A DNA stretch of 64,000 nt from assembly GCA_030141605.1 (NCBI GenBank), contig JAQGDQ010000393.1, forward strand, positions 154,148-218,147. The letters are read 5' to 3'. Source of the stretch: Tubiluchus corallicola (lineage: Eukaryota; Animalia; Priapulida). Position 1 is the stretch's first letter. Each line of letters opens with the position of its first letter. Shown here piece after piece: positions 38,237 through 48,351 of the stretch. The position numbers and the translations under genes were made by a program. The notes under the pieces were generated by a model. It searched no databases. It had not been told where the DNA came from and worked only from the letters and a program-made list of their open reading frames with translations.

Positions 38237-39940
38237 TTACAGAAAAGGTTGATCAGACAACACAAAAGCAGATTCAAGAGCCATTTCGGCTGGGTGTTCT
38301 ACGGTATACTTCAGTACGAAGGTCTCGCTTTCACCATTCTTTATCGTGTGTACCCATTCAACATTGTGGCGATGATTAATGCGGACAGCCGTCTCGTGTT
38401 TGTCTTTTGGAATTACAGGCTCCACCATCGTAACTTTGATTTTATCTTCTGTGCTTCTGGGGTACTGCTCTTCAACTGTTATTTTAATTGGCTTTGCTCT
38501 GGTATTCTTAATCGATATTTCTTGTTTATATGTCAAAGTTGACACTTTTGACCATAGTCCACTCTTCTCGTGATATTTATGCTGGGGAGGATAGATTACT
38601 CGAATAGCTGGGTCAACACCCAAAGAGCAAGTGAATTCTTCCGAAGGACTGACCGAATTCAATTCTGATTTTGATATGAAGTTGTTGTCCAGAAAAACAT
38701 TGCATGGTCCAGCTAGTAAAGCATAAGGTGAGGTATTGGTGACGCAAGCCTTAAAATATGCATGGGCAGACTTTTTAGGAATGCACTGATATTCAAACTT
38801 TGGTTGTAGATCAATAATAGCAATGCTAACCTTATGGGCAGTGCCATCACAGGGTATGGTTGTGGGTCTTGCAATTTCAAATGTAGTGCTTGTAACGCCT
38901 TCTTTAATATCTGTTACAGGCATTCTCATAGAAATAGGTAGGGCTGCCGGGATAAGTTCTTCATTCATTGGTGCTGCACCACACCATAGTTTTTCAGCTT
39001 GTTCCTCTTGAAATGATGTTTTCTTCATCATGCGGAATTTACCATTTTTTTGTTTCAAAGCTTTATGTTTACACATAGGTGCAGGTTTAAGAAAACTCAA
39101 TTCATGAGTCTCTAAAGGTGGAACTGACCCTCCAATACTTGGCACAGCAGTCGACAAACACAATGATGCATTCACCCAATCTTCTTCAGTGTTTTGCTTA
39201 ATCATTCCAAAATACAGTAATTTTAATGAATAGTCATCACTGAATACACGGACATCATACTGTGGTGTCCACTCTGCGTTTGCAATGACATATGAAAAAT
39301 GAAAAACTACTTCCCCGTCTTCAGTGGCATCTAGTAAAATGGATACTTCTCTTGCATAACGTGTAGTAACCCGTGATGCTTTATTTAGATTTGCACGAGC
39401 TGCTTTCAGTTTTTCCTCTGCTTCTCTGATAGCCAATGTAGTGCCTTGAATTTGATTTTCTAACCGTTCTCTTTTCTCATTATACGTATTCATAAAATTG
39501 CCAACGCCTGTCAGCCATTCATCATCACCAATCCACTTTTGACCCTCTTTACTTCCTGCACTTGAGACTGACTCCAACATGCCATCCCAACCAGTCTTCT
39601 GCTTTGTTAAGCGCTCTTCTTTAGCTTTAAGTGTCACAAGCTGCTTGTCTAAATTTGACACTTCAGTTTTTAACTCTGCAATTTTCTCAGTGCTTGTCGC
39701 CTCAGCATCTGTATCTGTGATTTGCCTCTCACGATACGTTACTTCAGTAATTGAAGCTGACCCCTTTCCTTCCACCCTAAACGAATCCTTGTCTGCCAAT
39801 TGTGAGATCTGCCTAATCACTACCTCATTTTCACCGGTTGTCAAAGTAGGTTTTACTACTCTGCAGACTTCTGCTCGGTCCTGGTAAACTACTACTCCTT
39901 TTACTGGGCAATTTGGTATTTCAAACACCGGATTTGGCAT
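38237..39940 (-). CDS. DUF4140 + coiled coil + DUF4139 protein, F37C4.5-like / MuiA-like family, copy B (567 aa, intronless CDS)
   Basis: Tandem paralog of 31424-33109, nearly identical over most of its length. Same motifs and the same splice acceptor upstream of the ATG. Confidence 0.88.
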   Translation of the reverse strand: MPNPVFEIPNCPVKGVVVYQDRAEVCRVVKPTLTTGENEVVIRQISQLADKDSFRVEGKGSASITEVTYRERQITDTDAEATSTEKIAELKTEVSNLDKQLVTLKAKEERLTKQKTGWDGMLESVSSAGSKEGQKWIGDDEWLTGVGNFMNTYNEKRERLENQIQGTTLAIREAEEKLKAARANLNKASRVTTRYAREVSILLDATEDGEVVFHFSYVIANAEWTPQYDVRVFSDDYSLKLLYFGMIKQNTEEDWVNASLCLSTAVPSIGGSVPPLETHELSFLKPAPMCKHKALKQKNGKFRMMKKTSFQEEQAEKLWCGAAPMNEELIPAALPISMRMPVTDIKEGVTSTTFEIARPTTIPCDGTAHKVSIAIIDLQPKFEYQCIPKKSAHAYFKACVTNTSPYALLAGPCNVFLDNNFISKSELNSVSPSEEFTCSLGVDPAIRVIYPPQHKYHEKSGLWSKVSTLTYKQEISIKNTRAKPIKITVEEQYPRSTEDKIKVTMVEPVIPKDKHETAVRINHRHNVEWVHTIKNGESETFVLKYTVEHPAEMALESAFVLSDQPFL

Positions 39941-40264
39941 GATGAACCACTCGCCTGCTAAAAAGGATACAGCAATACAGGAGATAATTATTATAATGAT
40001 ATTTAATCAGACGTTTGCTGTAATTATATTAAAAAATAACCAAGTTATTAGAACTTAGTTAATTAGCTCTGATATTCAAACTTGACTACAATAAGTGACT
40101 CCAATAAAATCAAGAATGCAACAAGACACTTTAAATCATAGATAAAATAACAAGAATGTAACAATGTAAGGAAAAATCACGTCATTTAAAAAAAAAATTG
40201 GATTTTCCATTCTCTGAATGATATTATAAGCAGTCATTGTAACATTGGTAATGAGCAAGATGCT

Positions 40265-40440
40265 CGTGAGCTAATAAACCTCAAATGACATCTGACAAGA
40301 AAGCTAAAGACAGCGATAGTGCGTGAGCTAATAAAATTAACCTCATATGACATCTGACAAGAAAGCTAAAGACAGTGATAGTGCGTGAGCTAATAAAATT
40401 AACCTCAAATGACATCTGACAATAAAGCTAATGACAGTGA
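40265..40440. repeat. 57-62-bp tandem repeat x3 upstream of DUF4139 copy B
   Basis: CGTGAGCTAATAAA(ATTAA)CCTCAAATGACATCTGACAAGAAAGCTAAAGACAG... starts at 40265, 40322 and 40384. Confidence 0.9.
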
Positions 40441-42029
40441 CACGGCAGAGACAACAAGAGGACACTAATAAAGTAGCATAACGGGCACTGGTGTGCAAGA
40501 ATATTTATGCCATTTATTCTTATTTGTTACACAAGGCTGTAGCCATTACTGTTGTTAAACCTACAAACTCAAATACAGATATACAAAAAAATTATTTTAT
40601 CATTTCTGATGTTTGATCACTAGGCATGCTTCAGAAGGTTCAAAAATTAGCTGAAATGCGGGAAACCCACAGAACCCTAGTTGAGCAGTCGGGGAAGATG
40701 CAAATGACTTCCCCCGGGCTCCACCTCTCCCTTTCTGTTCGATCACATTTGGACCCCTCCATTTGAAAAAAATCTGTCAATGCAAATATCCAAAATTTGC
40801 AAAAAATGCACAAAGGAGCAAAAGACCCGCTGGAAAAACAGGTTTTTGCAAGTAAGAAGGTGAGGTGTTCACTAAACAAAATGGGAAAGATGTACTTTAA
40901 AACAAGTTTCTTTCACTTCTCAGGGCTGCATATGATTCGGAACACCTAATGTTTCAGCAGCATCAGTGACTGATTCATAGCATTAGCACATCCGCATTGT
41001 TGCTGTTGTTGGTTTTGTAGATGTTGGTATCACTTTTTTATTTGTTTGCTTTGCTTTCTTGGTATGAATGCTGTTTTTGTCATAAATATCACTACTGCGA
41101 AACTGTAAAAAAAACAAATTCCTATCATAATTTAATTGCCCAATAAAACCACTGTTTATAACGGTTATTGCCGAAAGTTTCCAGCAAAGGAAGATGATAA
41201 TGAATAATTGATAATTGGTGATTTACTAGCTTTCTGATATTTAGATCTTTCAATGTTTCTGCACAGTGCATGTCTTGTGTTAACTTATTTCTTCAGATTC
41301 TTTCCTAGAAAACCGTGTTTATTAACTAGTGTTTTTAATAGTTTATTATTTTGTAGAATTCTAGTAATGTAGCAGTTATTTTTTTATTTCGTAGTTTAAC
41401 ATACTGAGTTAGTAACATTAACATAGTTTCACAGTACTGTTAGTTCCATTTTGGTACGTTCGGTTTCATTTTTTGTTTAATGTGTTTCAATATTAACATA
41501 TCATGCGTGTACTGTTGTAAGTTATGAAATGAAACAGTTCTAAAGTAACTTTTATTGCCATGCAGTTTGATTTTATTCATTCATTAGTTTACTAAACTTA
41601 TTTATTATAAAAAGAAAACACACGTACATGTTTGATTAGTGGTAACATATTAAAAATATTTGTTTTTCATTTTTTTTCACGTTGCCAGCATCTCAGACCT
41701 ACTTTAAGTACTATCAGCCATGCTGATAAGTTTAAGGTGTATGGACCATTTAGGCATATCCTTGTTGTGGTTTCAGTTTCTATTTGCACTGTCTTGTATA
41801 TTTAAAACCGAAAATTAAACAAGTTGAAAATTGTCTGGCGAATTCAATTTCGATATTTGTTGTTAATAACTCACAACATGAATTGAACCTGTTTCAAATT
41901 CACGATGCTGCACTATATCCATAGAATAGTTACTGAAATGAAAACAGTTTTACTTCAGTGCTATAGGCAAGCAGTACTTATAATAAAAACATTAAACTAA
42001 ACTAATTGATGACAATAATTACACTACGC

Positions 42030-42696
42030 TTTACCGGCGATGCAAACACACGTGCATCAACAGAAGTTTTCATGAAGAGGACCGGGAAGTGAAAACAACA
42101 ACGCCAGCATCCAATCAAGTGCCTGCACACCTGAGCGCATGATTCAGTATATTGCTTATTAAGATATATGCACGTGATCCGCCCGTGCTAACAAGACAAT
42201 AACCAATCAGCAGTAAGTAGGCGGGTCATGTCACCTGTCCAGAGTAGTATTTAAGGAGGACAGATCCAGAGGCAAGAGACATTCGCTGCTGACAAGGTCT
42301 GCTACCACAAGGCCTGTTAACAAACTCTGCTACCACAAGAGTTGATAACAAACTCTGCTAACACAAGAGTTGATAACAAACTCTGCTACCACAAGAGTTG
42401 ATAACAAACTCTGCTAACACAAGAGTTGTTAATACACTCTGCTAATACAAGAGTTGCTACCAAACTCTGTTATCTCAAGAGCTGCTAATTATAAGCCATG
42501 AACCATAATAAAGCAATTAAATAAAGAATTCAATTGCAAATAATTGCAAAATTGTCTATCAAAGCCAACATTCCTCCAACGTCAGTTTTACTGCTATTAA
42601 CTTCAAGAACTAATTTGTGCCAAACTGTGCCTTAGGCTTAACAGTCAGATGAACCCAAGCCATTGGTGCAAAATACCATCATCTGCACCACGTTAC
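42030..42696 (+). mobile_element. Putative solo-LTR-like element
   Basis: Two CCAAT boxes, a CACGTG and a GC-box-like motif, TATTTAA (~42248), an internal minisatellite, two AATAAA (~42507, ~42520) and a GTTACA 3' end. The 5' TG terminus was not identified. Confidence 0.45.
42298..42488. repeat. 28-bp minisatellite, about 7 copies
   Basis: Unit CTCTGCTACCACAAGAGTTGATAACAAA. Confidence 0.92.
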
Positions 42697-43647
42697 ACTA
42701 CAGTCAAAATTCAAGTAAAACGTAGACCAAAAATTTTTTTCGCTAATATTCTTTATTATCACTGTAATCAGAATTAGTCGCTGAACTAGTTTTTAAATGT
42801 CTAAAATCTCCTTACATAAGGATGTTGCTACTCAACATGTAGTAGCTTCGATGGGCAGCCCCGGGTTCCTCAACCTCTAGCTATGCCACTAACGCACATC
42901 TGGACAATGTCGTAAAATTGAGAGGTTATATGGTAGAAGTGAGACTGGAGCAATTGATGTAACGCAGGATTTACTCACCAAGAAGATGAGTTACGAGTTA
43001 AAAAAGCAAAAGCACAAAATAATCACACATGTTATAATGCAGACATTCTGTAAAGGCGTATCTGCACTAAAAGCAAGCAACCCGTGCTAGTGGGCTATAT
43101 TTTTGGGAATAATTAAAACAACTTATTCCATCTGCACCAGCAACGTGTGATGCATGCACTCCATGCAACACTAGTGCGCATTCTTTCTAAATTAGATATT
43201 GTTTCTAATTTGGTTGCTTAGCGCCACATTATTACGTGTTTTTCTGTCAGCAGCAAACTTTGTTATCAACACAGGCGACGAGAAACTTATATTAAAGGTT
43301 TGAGGTCACCCCTGCTTGTAAGACTGCTCCACAGAACAGCTTATAAGAATGCATGTTAAGAAATTGTACATAAGCCGATTCTTGAAGCACTTGACATTAC
43401 AATTAACCGCAGCAAATAATAATAATCAGTGGGTGATTTTTGGCTAATATTTCTATTAAAATTTTAATATCTCTTTCTCTCTCTGTCTTTCTTTCTCACG
43501 CGTTCTCACTAATAACACACAGACAGAATTTATTATGGCAAGCGTCTATTTTCTTTCGGCAACGTGGAGTTAAGCAAAGCAAATGTTTCATTTTCTCAAC
43601 ATATCACTATGCTTCGGAGCAGTATTCACACCTCAATTATCCTAAGC

Positions 43648-43760
43648 CAATGGTTCCCAACCTTTTTGCTGAAGGCGACCCCTTTCCAGAACCCTGTATC
43701 GCATCGTGACCCCACAAAGAACATAATCACATGTTATACTATTAAACATCATTATCGTTC
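43648..43760. mobile_element. hAT (Charlie-like) left-end remnant
   Basis: CAATGGTTCCCAACCTTTTT...GCGACCCC resembles the CAGTGGTTCCCAACCT termini of Charlie-type hAT elements. The other end was not located. Confidence 0.45.
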
Positions 43761-44588
43761 ACATTTATTAATTTTAACTTACTGTTCAACAAATTATTGA
43801 ACAATGAGTGATTGCTTCATTAATTCTTGTGATGGTTGCACCTGTTTCTTAGCGACCAGTAATGCAACAGCAATAGGTATCCAGGGTAAAATGAATAGTG
43901 ACACGCTTTCGGGAGTGTACACTGTAGACAAGTGTACAGCATGGAACAACGTCCATTTTCATTTTCCCGGAAATCAAGCACTGGTGTTTGGGAAAAGTAA
44001 GAATTCTATGACAGTTGTAGTTGCGTGTAGACATTATACACGGTGTGTGTGTGTGTGCAATAAACAGTGAACCTCCTAAACTGCAAGTGGGCCGAATGCT
44101 GATTAAGAAACTTATAATTAAGATCGGTACTGGTCGCATGTAATGCAGCCGTCCGATCACTTGTGCGAGCTTTTCGTGCAGATACGCCTTAGGCTTGATT
44201 AGTGACCACGAAGATTAGGAGCTTAGAACGAAGTGTTACCAAAGCTTAGCACACATAAAGCTTTTGAAATTGAGCGCACATATATATTACATTAACATAA
44301 ATACATGTGATATTATATTAAATTATAATACTCACTAAAAATTTTGTAAAGAAAACTTGTGCAGATACCATAAACGCCCACAACACAACTATTCAACGTC
44401 ACGTGGAGGCCGGATGCGAGGTGGAGCAGGGGCAAAGAGTTTAGATTGCAAAACTGCGAATGATGCCAGTCGATTTTGAACTAGTTTATTTCAGGTTTAA
44501 CTGCTTCAAGCCAACCCCCGTACGCTGAGCTCAGGAGCCAAATAACAGTGATTAAATTTTATAAATCTACCGAGGCTTGGCTCGCTAT

Positions 44589-44898
44589 TAGGGGTGAGCA
44601 TTCTCTACCAGGAAGCAAATTCGAATCGAATTTGCGATTTTCAAATAAGTCTTTAAACCACCAACAAAAGTCAGTCTTACAAATATCATGCATATTAAAA
44701 AACTTTGTTCTGCAGTAAAACTGCCAATAATTTGTTTAAAAATTGTGCACCGCAATGACAGGTAAATTACACTAATTGCATGATGTTTCAAACGTTTTAA
44801 TGATAAAAACTTATGCGGCTGAAGTGTTGAATTATTCGAATCTATAGTTTTAGGTTTGAATCGAATTCGAACTGAAAAAACGTTCAATGAACCCCCTA
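44589..44898. mobile_element. hAT-like MITE (TAGGGGTGAGC family)
   Basis: TAGGGGTGAGCATTCTCTACCAG...ACCCCCTA; homologous to 6154-6493 and, in inverted orientation, to 45596-45928. Confidence 0.7.
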
Positions 44899-45023
44899 AT
44901 CGGTGTCTCATTTAATAACGAAAACAATCACTGCCCATTTTATTAACAGTGAAATATGGAGTAATAATTATCTCAAAAGTGACGAAAAGTAATACAAAAT
45001 AAATATGCCAATGCAAGATTTCA

Positions 45024-45351
45024 TTCATTCAGATTTTTTTTTACGTTCGTTAGTTGTTAAAAATTATTTCTCTCAATGTCAAATTGATGCATGCAGTTAT
45101 CTTAAATAGCTACCAACATCAATTTTCTGATATCTTGGATGTGAAATAAAATGCATATGGACAAATTGTTAACCAATGAAAAATAGGAATTTAATAAAAA
45201 ATATGTTTTATTATCATTATGAACTCAGTTGATACCTGTTGATTATCAGAAAATTGATGTTGGTAGCTATTTAAGATAACTGCATGCATCAATTTGACAT
45301 TGAGAGAAATAATTTTTAACAACTAACGAACGTAAAAAAAATCTGAATGAA
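45024..45351. repeat. Long near-perfect inverted repeat (~108-bp arms, ~110-bp spacer)
   Basis: 45024-45132 is the reverse complement of 45244-45351, apart from a one-base length difference in a T/A run. Confidence 0.95.
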
Positions 45352-45595
45352 AAAATAAGCTAAAACAAGTGCAGAACATTAATCTAAAACAAAAATTAAA
45401 TAATGATATATGTGATGTCATTGAGGACTTAATAACATTATTAACTTAACTTTTTACTAAGGAGAAAAAATTAAACAACGAGTAAGTATAACTATAGTTT
45501 AGAACAGTTACGTTTTTGCTTCGAGTTTGGTGTGTGAGGCTTTCTGTTTTTAAAATGATGAAGTCTTATGCTTCGAAGGTATATGTGTGAAAACT

Positions 45596-45928
45596 TATTG
45601 GTGAGCGAGGTTTTTTCGTTCGAATTCAATTCGAATCTAAAATAATAGAATCGAATTATTCAGCACTTCGGCCACATATGTTCTTTATCACTAAAATATT
45701 TGAAACAGCATGCAATTAGCATAATCTTGCTGCAGTTTCAGTGCAAAATTTTTAACAATGGTTTTACTGCTGAACAAAATCAAGTAACATATGCATGATC
45801 TTTGTAAGTCCACTTTTTACTACTGGTTTGAAACCTCGTTCCAAAATCCTTCAAACTCAATTCGAAATCGAAATGCTGAAATTCAGTTTGATTCCAATTC
45901 GCTTTCTGGTAGAGAATGCTCACCTCTA
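45596..45928. mobile_element. hAT-like MITE (TAGGGGTGAGC family), inverted relative to 44589-44898
   Basis: Ends CTGGTAGAGAATGCTCACCTCTA, close to the reverse complement of the start of the 44589 copy. Internal blocks also correspond in reverse. Confidence 0.7.
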
Positions 45929-46169
45929 GTGATAATGTATTACGGTTAAGCACTGATGAAGACCTCATGGTTGATGCCTCACTATTTTTCTATTGCTCAC
46001 ACCTTACAACGATAACATAGCAGGCAAAGTTGAAAAGGTTGCTTTGCAATAATATTTATTAAATTTTATTATTTTACCTGTTTTGGGCTTTCAATGCACA
46101 TTACTTTGATCCACATGAGCTCATAGCACAACAATTAAATAAATATTAATAATCTCTAGATTAGATAAC

Positions 46170-46440
46170 ATCTGAGGTACACAGTTAGCGTAGGACACTC
46201 GTTTTGGAGTGCGGACTGGTGTTGTGGTGAGTGGCGACTGTTCACTGATCACTGATATTGGTGCGCGGCGTCTTGAAAATTGTTCAGTCTGGAAATCGCG
46301 TGTTGAAGAGCTTGCACATTGCATGTTACTGTTGCGATTTTGTGAATTGGGCTGGCCCAGTTTGCTGTTTCGAAGAAAAAGTTTCTTTTAGAATTTCTTT
46401 GGATGTTGCATGTAATATGGCATTCTAATGAAAACAGTCA
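46170..46440 (+). promoter_or_regulatory. Possible promoter / non-coding first exon region of GULP1
   Basis: Locally GC- and CpG-richer unique stretch upstream of the acceptor at ~51064. Inference from composition only. Confidence 0.25.
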
Positions 46441-47263
46441 GTAAACGAGAGAAAATGTTACCATTACACTAGCTTTGTTATTTTTTATTAGTAAGTTTTC
46501 GTTATAATAATCATAGGCTAACGTCATTTAAGAAATCGTGATTGTGGTTTGATATAGTAGTGTCCGATGCAGTCTTTGATCGAGTTTACTTATTGGATTT
46601 AATTGAGTTATTAAGCAGTGATAGTTATGGTTATTGTTTTTCACTATAATTGCTGTGAGTCGCAGTAAATTTTGTTATTGTTAATGTTAACTACTTGATT
46701 AGTCTCTGGTATTACTGCTGGGTTTGTGAAAAATTGCTTCATTTTTAGTCATATTACTAGCTACAGCAAACTTTAAAGTTTCGCTCATTTTATAAATGGG
46801 AAAATTCAGCCATGTGAAATGTAAATAATTTTCTAGACTTTTTTTATGAAACACTGCCTGTGCAACCAACTCTCAATGGTAAGTCATGCTTACATAGTGG
46901 CATTAAAATAAGGTTGTGGCGGGAATGTGCAAGTCTATATCAGAGATGTGTTGACCCACTTTTTGGAGCTCTTAAATATGTTGCATCTGCAATGAAAAGA
47001 ACTATGGATCCTGCAAATCTACATGTTAAATAATTTTACAGGAATCTGTGACAAAAAGTTGATAATTTCCATGCTGTTGAATGTTTTTGTTTTGAAAGTG
47101 GTTACTAGGTAATTGGCATGTTCATGTTTTTGGCTTGAACGTTAGAAAAAAATAAAATCAGTTGTCAGAAAACGTAAAGTTCCAATTTTGAAGCTGGATG
47201 CTGAAGATAATATTAAAGAAGAAACCCACCCTTGAGTAACCTTCATTACATTTTGATATACAA

Positions 47264-47775
47264 TAATGATGTACAATTAATAGATTAATCAAATTAATCG
47301 AGATTACAATCATGTATAAATCAATAGAATCGGCAGTTGAACAGTAATTCAGTTAACTGAGATTGATCCGGAGCAAAATATACGTGTTACACACAGACTA
47401 AAAGGCAGCGCAAATAAACGGAATCTTTGCATTTTTCTTCATTTTTCTCACCTTGCATTTTGCTCACAATTGCTAATTACAGTGTTGCAAACTATAAAAT
47501 TTGGGGCTTCAAATTTGTTTTCACGTGAGGTGTGTGTAGTGACGTAGTAACAGAGCAATAAAAGATTGTTCGTGTCTCTAAGAACATTTTGCGAGTTCAA
47601 AAACGGCAGACAGTGACGAAAGCTGTGAAGAAGTTTGCAGGCTGTAATTCAGTGCTGCAATGTTTGATAAATATGGCTAATACACAAAAAATTGCCGCAA
47701 AAGATTAATTGTGATATCGAATTACAAGAACAAGATCATAATCGAATTACAAAATTTTAAAATCGCCTATTACTA
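47264..47775. mobile_element. hAT-like MITE
   Basis: Perfect 8-bp target duplication ATATACAA (47256-47263, 47776-47783). Termini TAATGATG...TATTACTA resemble those of 7611-8146; AATCG-rich subterminal motifs. Confidence 0.7.
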
Positions 47776-47984
47776 ATATACAATTAAAAATGTTGAGATT
47801 ATCAATATACACACATAAAATGTATTGCTTAAAAGCGCTGTGTGGGCAGAAGGCACTAGTAGCTAAACTTCTGCAGTTCACTTGGAAATTCTGTGATTGT
47901 GTTTAAAATCTTTGTGTTTAACTGTGTTTATGTAAAAATTAATCATCTGATCAATCAGCATGAACTTTGAATTGCTTAAATAGC

Positions 47985-48351
47985 TTTTATCAACAGGATT
48001 TTACCTTAAAAAGCTTAAGTGCTGTATACAGATTGTTTGTTGACTTTCAGATAAGCATGCAATTCTGTGAGCATAATATATATATACATTCATGCACTCA
48101 TATATATATTGATCCAGAGCAAAATATACGTGTTCCACACAGAATAAAAGGCCGCGCCAATAAACATAATCCTTGCATTTTTTCTTCATTTTTCTCACCT
48201 TGCACATCGCGCACAATTGCACATCGCGCACACACATATATATATATATATGAGTGCATGAATGTGTATATATATTATGCTCACAGAATTGCATGCTTAT
48301 CTGAAAGTCAACAAACAATTAAGCTTTTTAAGGTAAAATCCTGTTGATAAA
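47985..48351. repeat. Long inverted repeat (~110-125-bp arms) whose spacer is a transposon fragment
   Basis: 47985-48109 is the reverse complement of 48241-48351 except for one short indel and rare mismatches. The spacer resembles 47362-47472. Confidence 0.93.

Noticed and set aside
31535-39887. Plus-strand ORFs antisense to the DUF4139 genes, repeated in both copies
   Set aside because: Shadow ORFs of the real minus-strand CDSs; their repetition just reflects paralog identity.
42298-42488. 28-bp repeats as a possible CRISPR array
   Set aside because: Contiguous tandem units without spacers.
47967-48347. Two antiparallel ORFs sharing peptide blocks
   Set aside because: Artefact of the inverted repeat; no coding signal.
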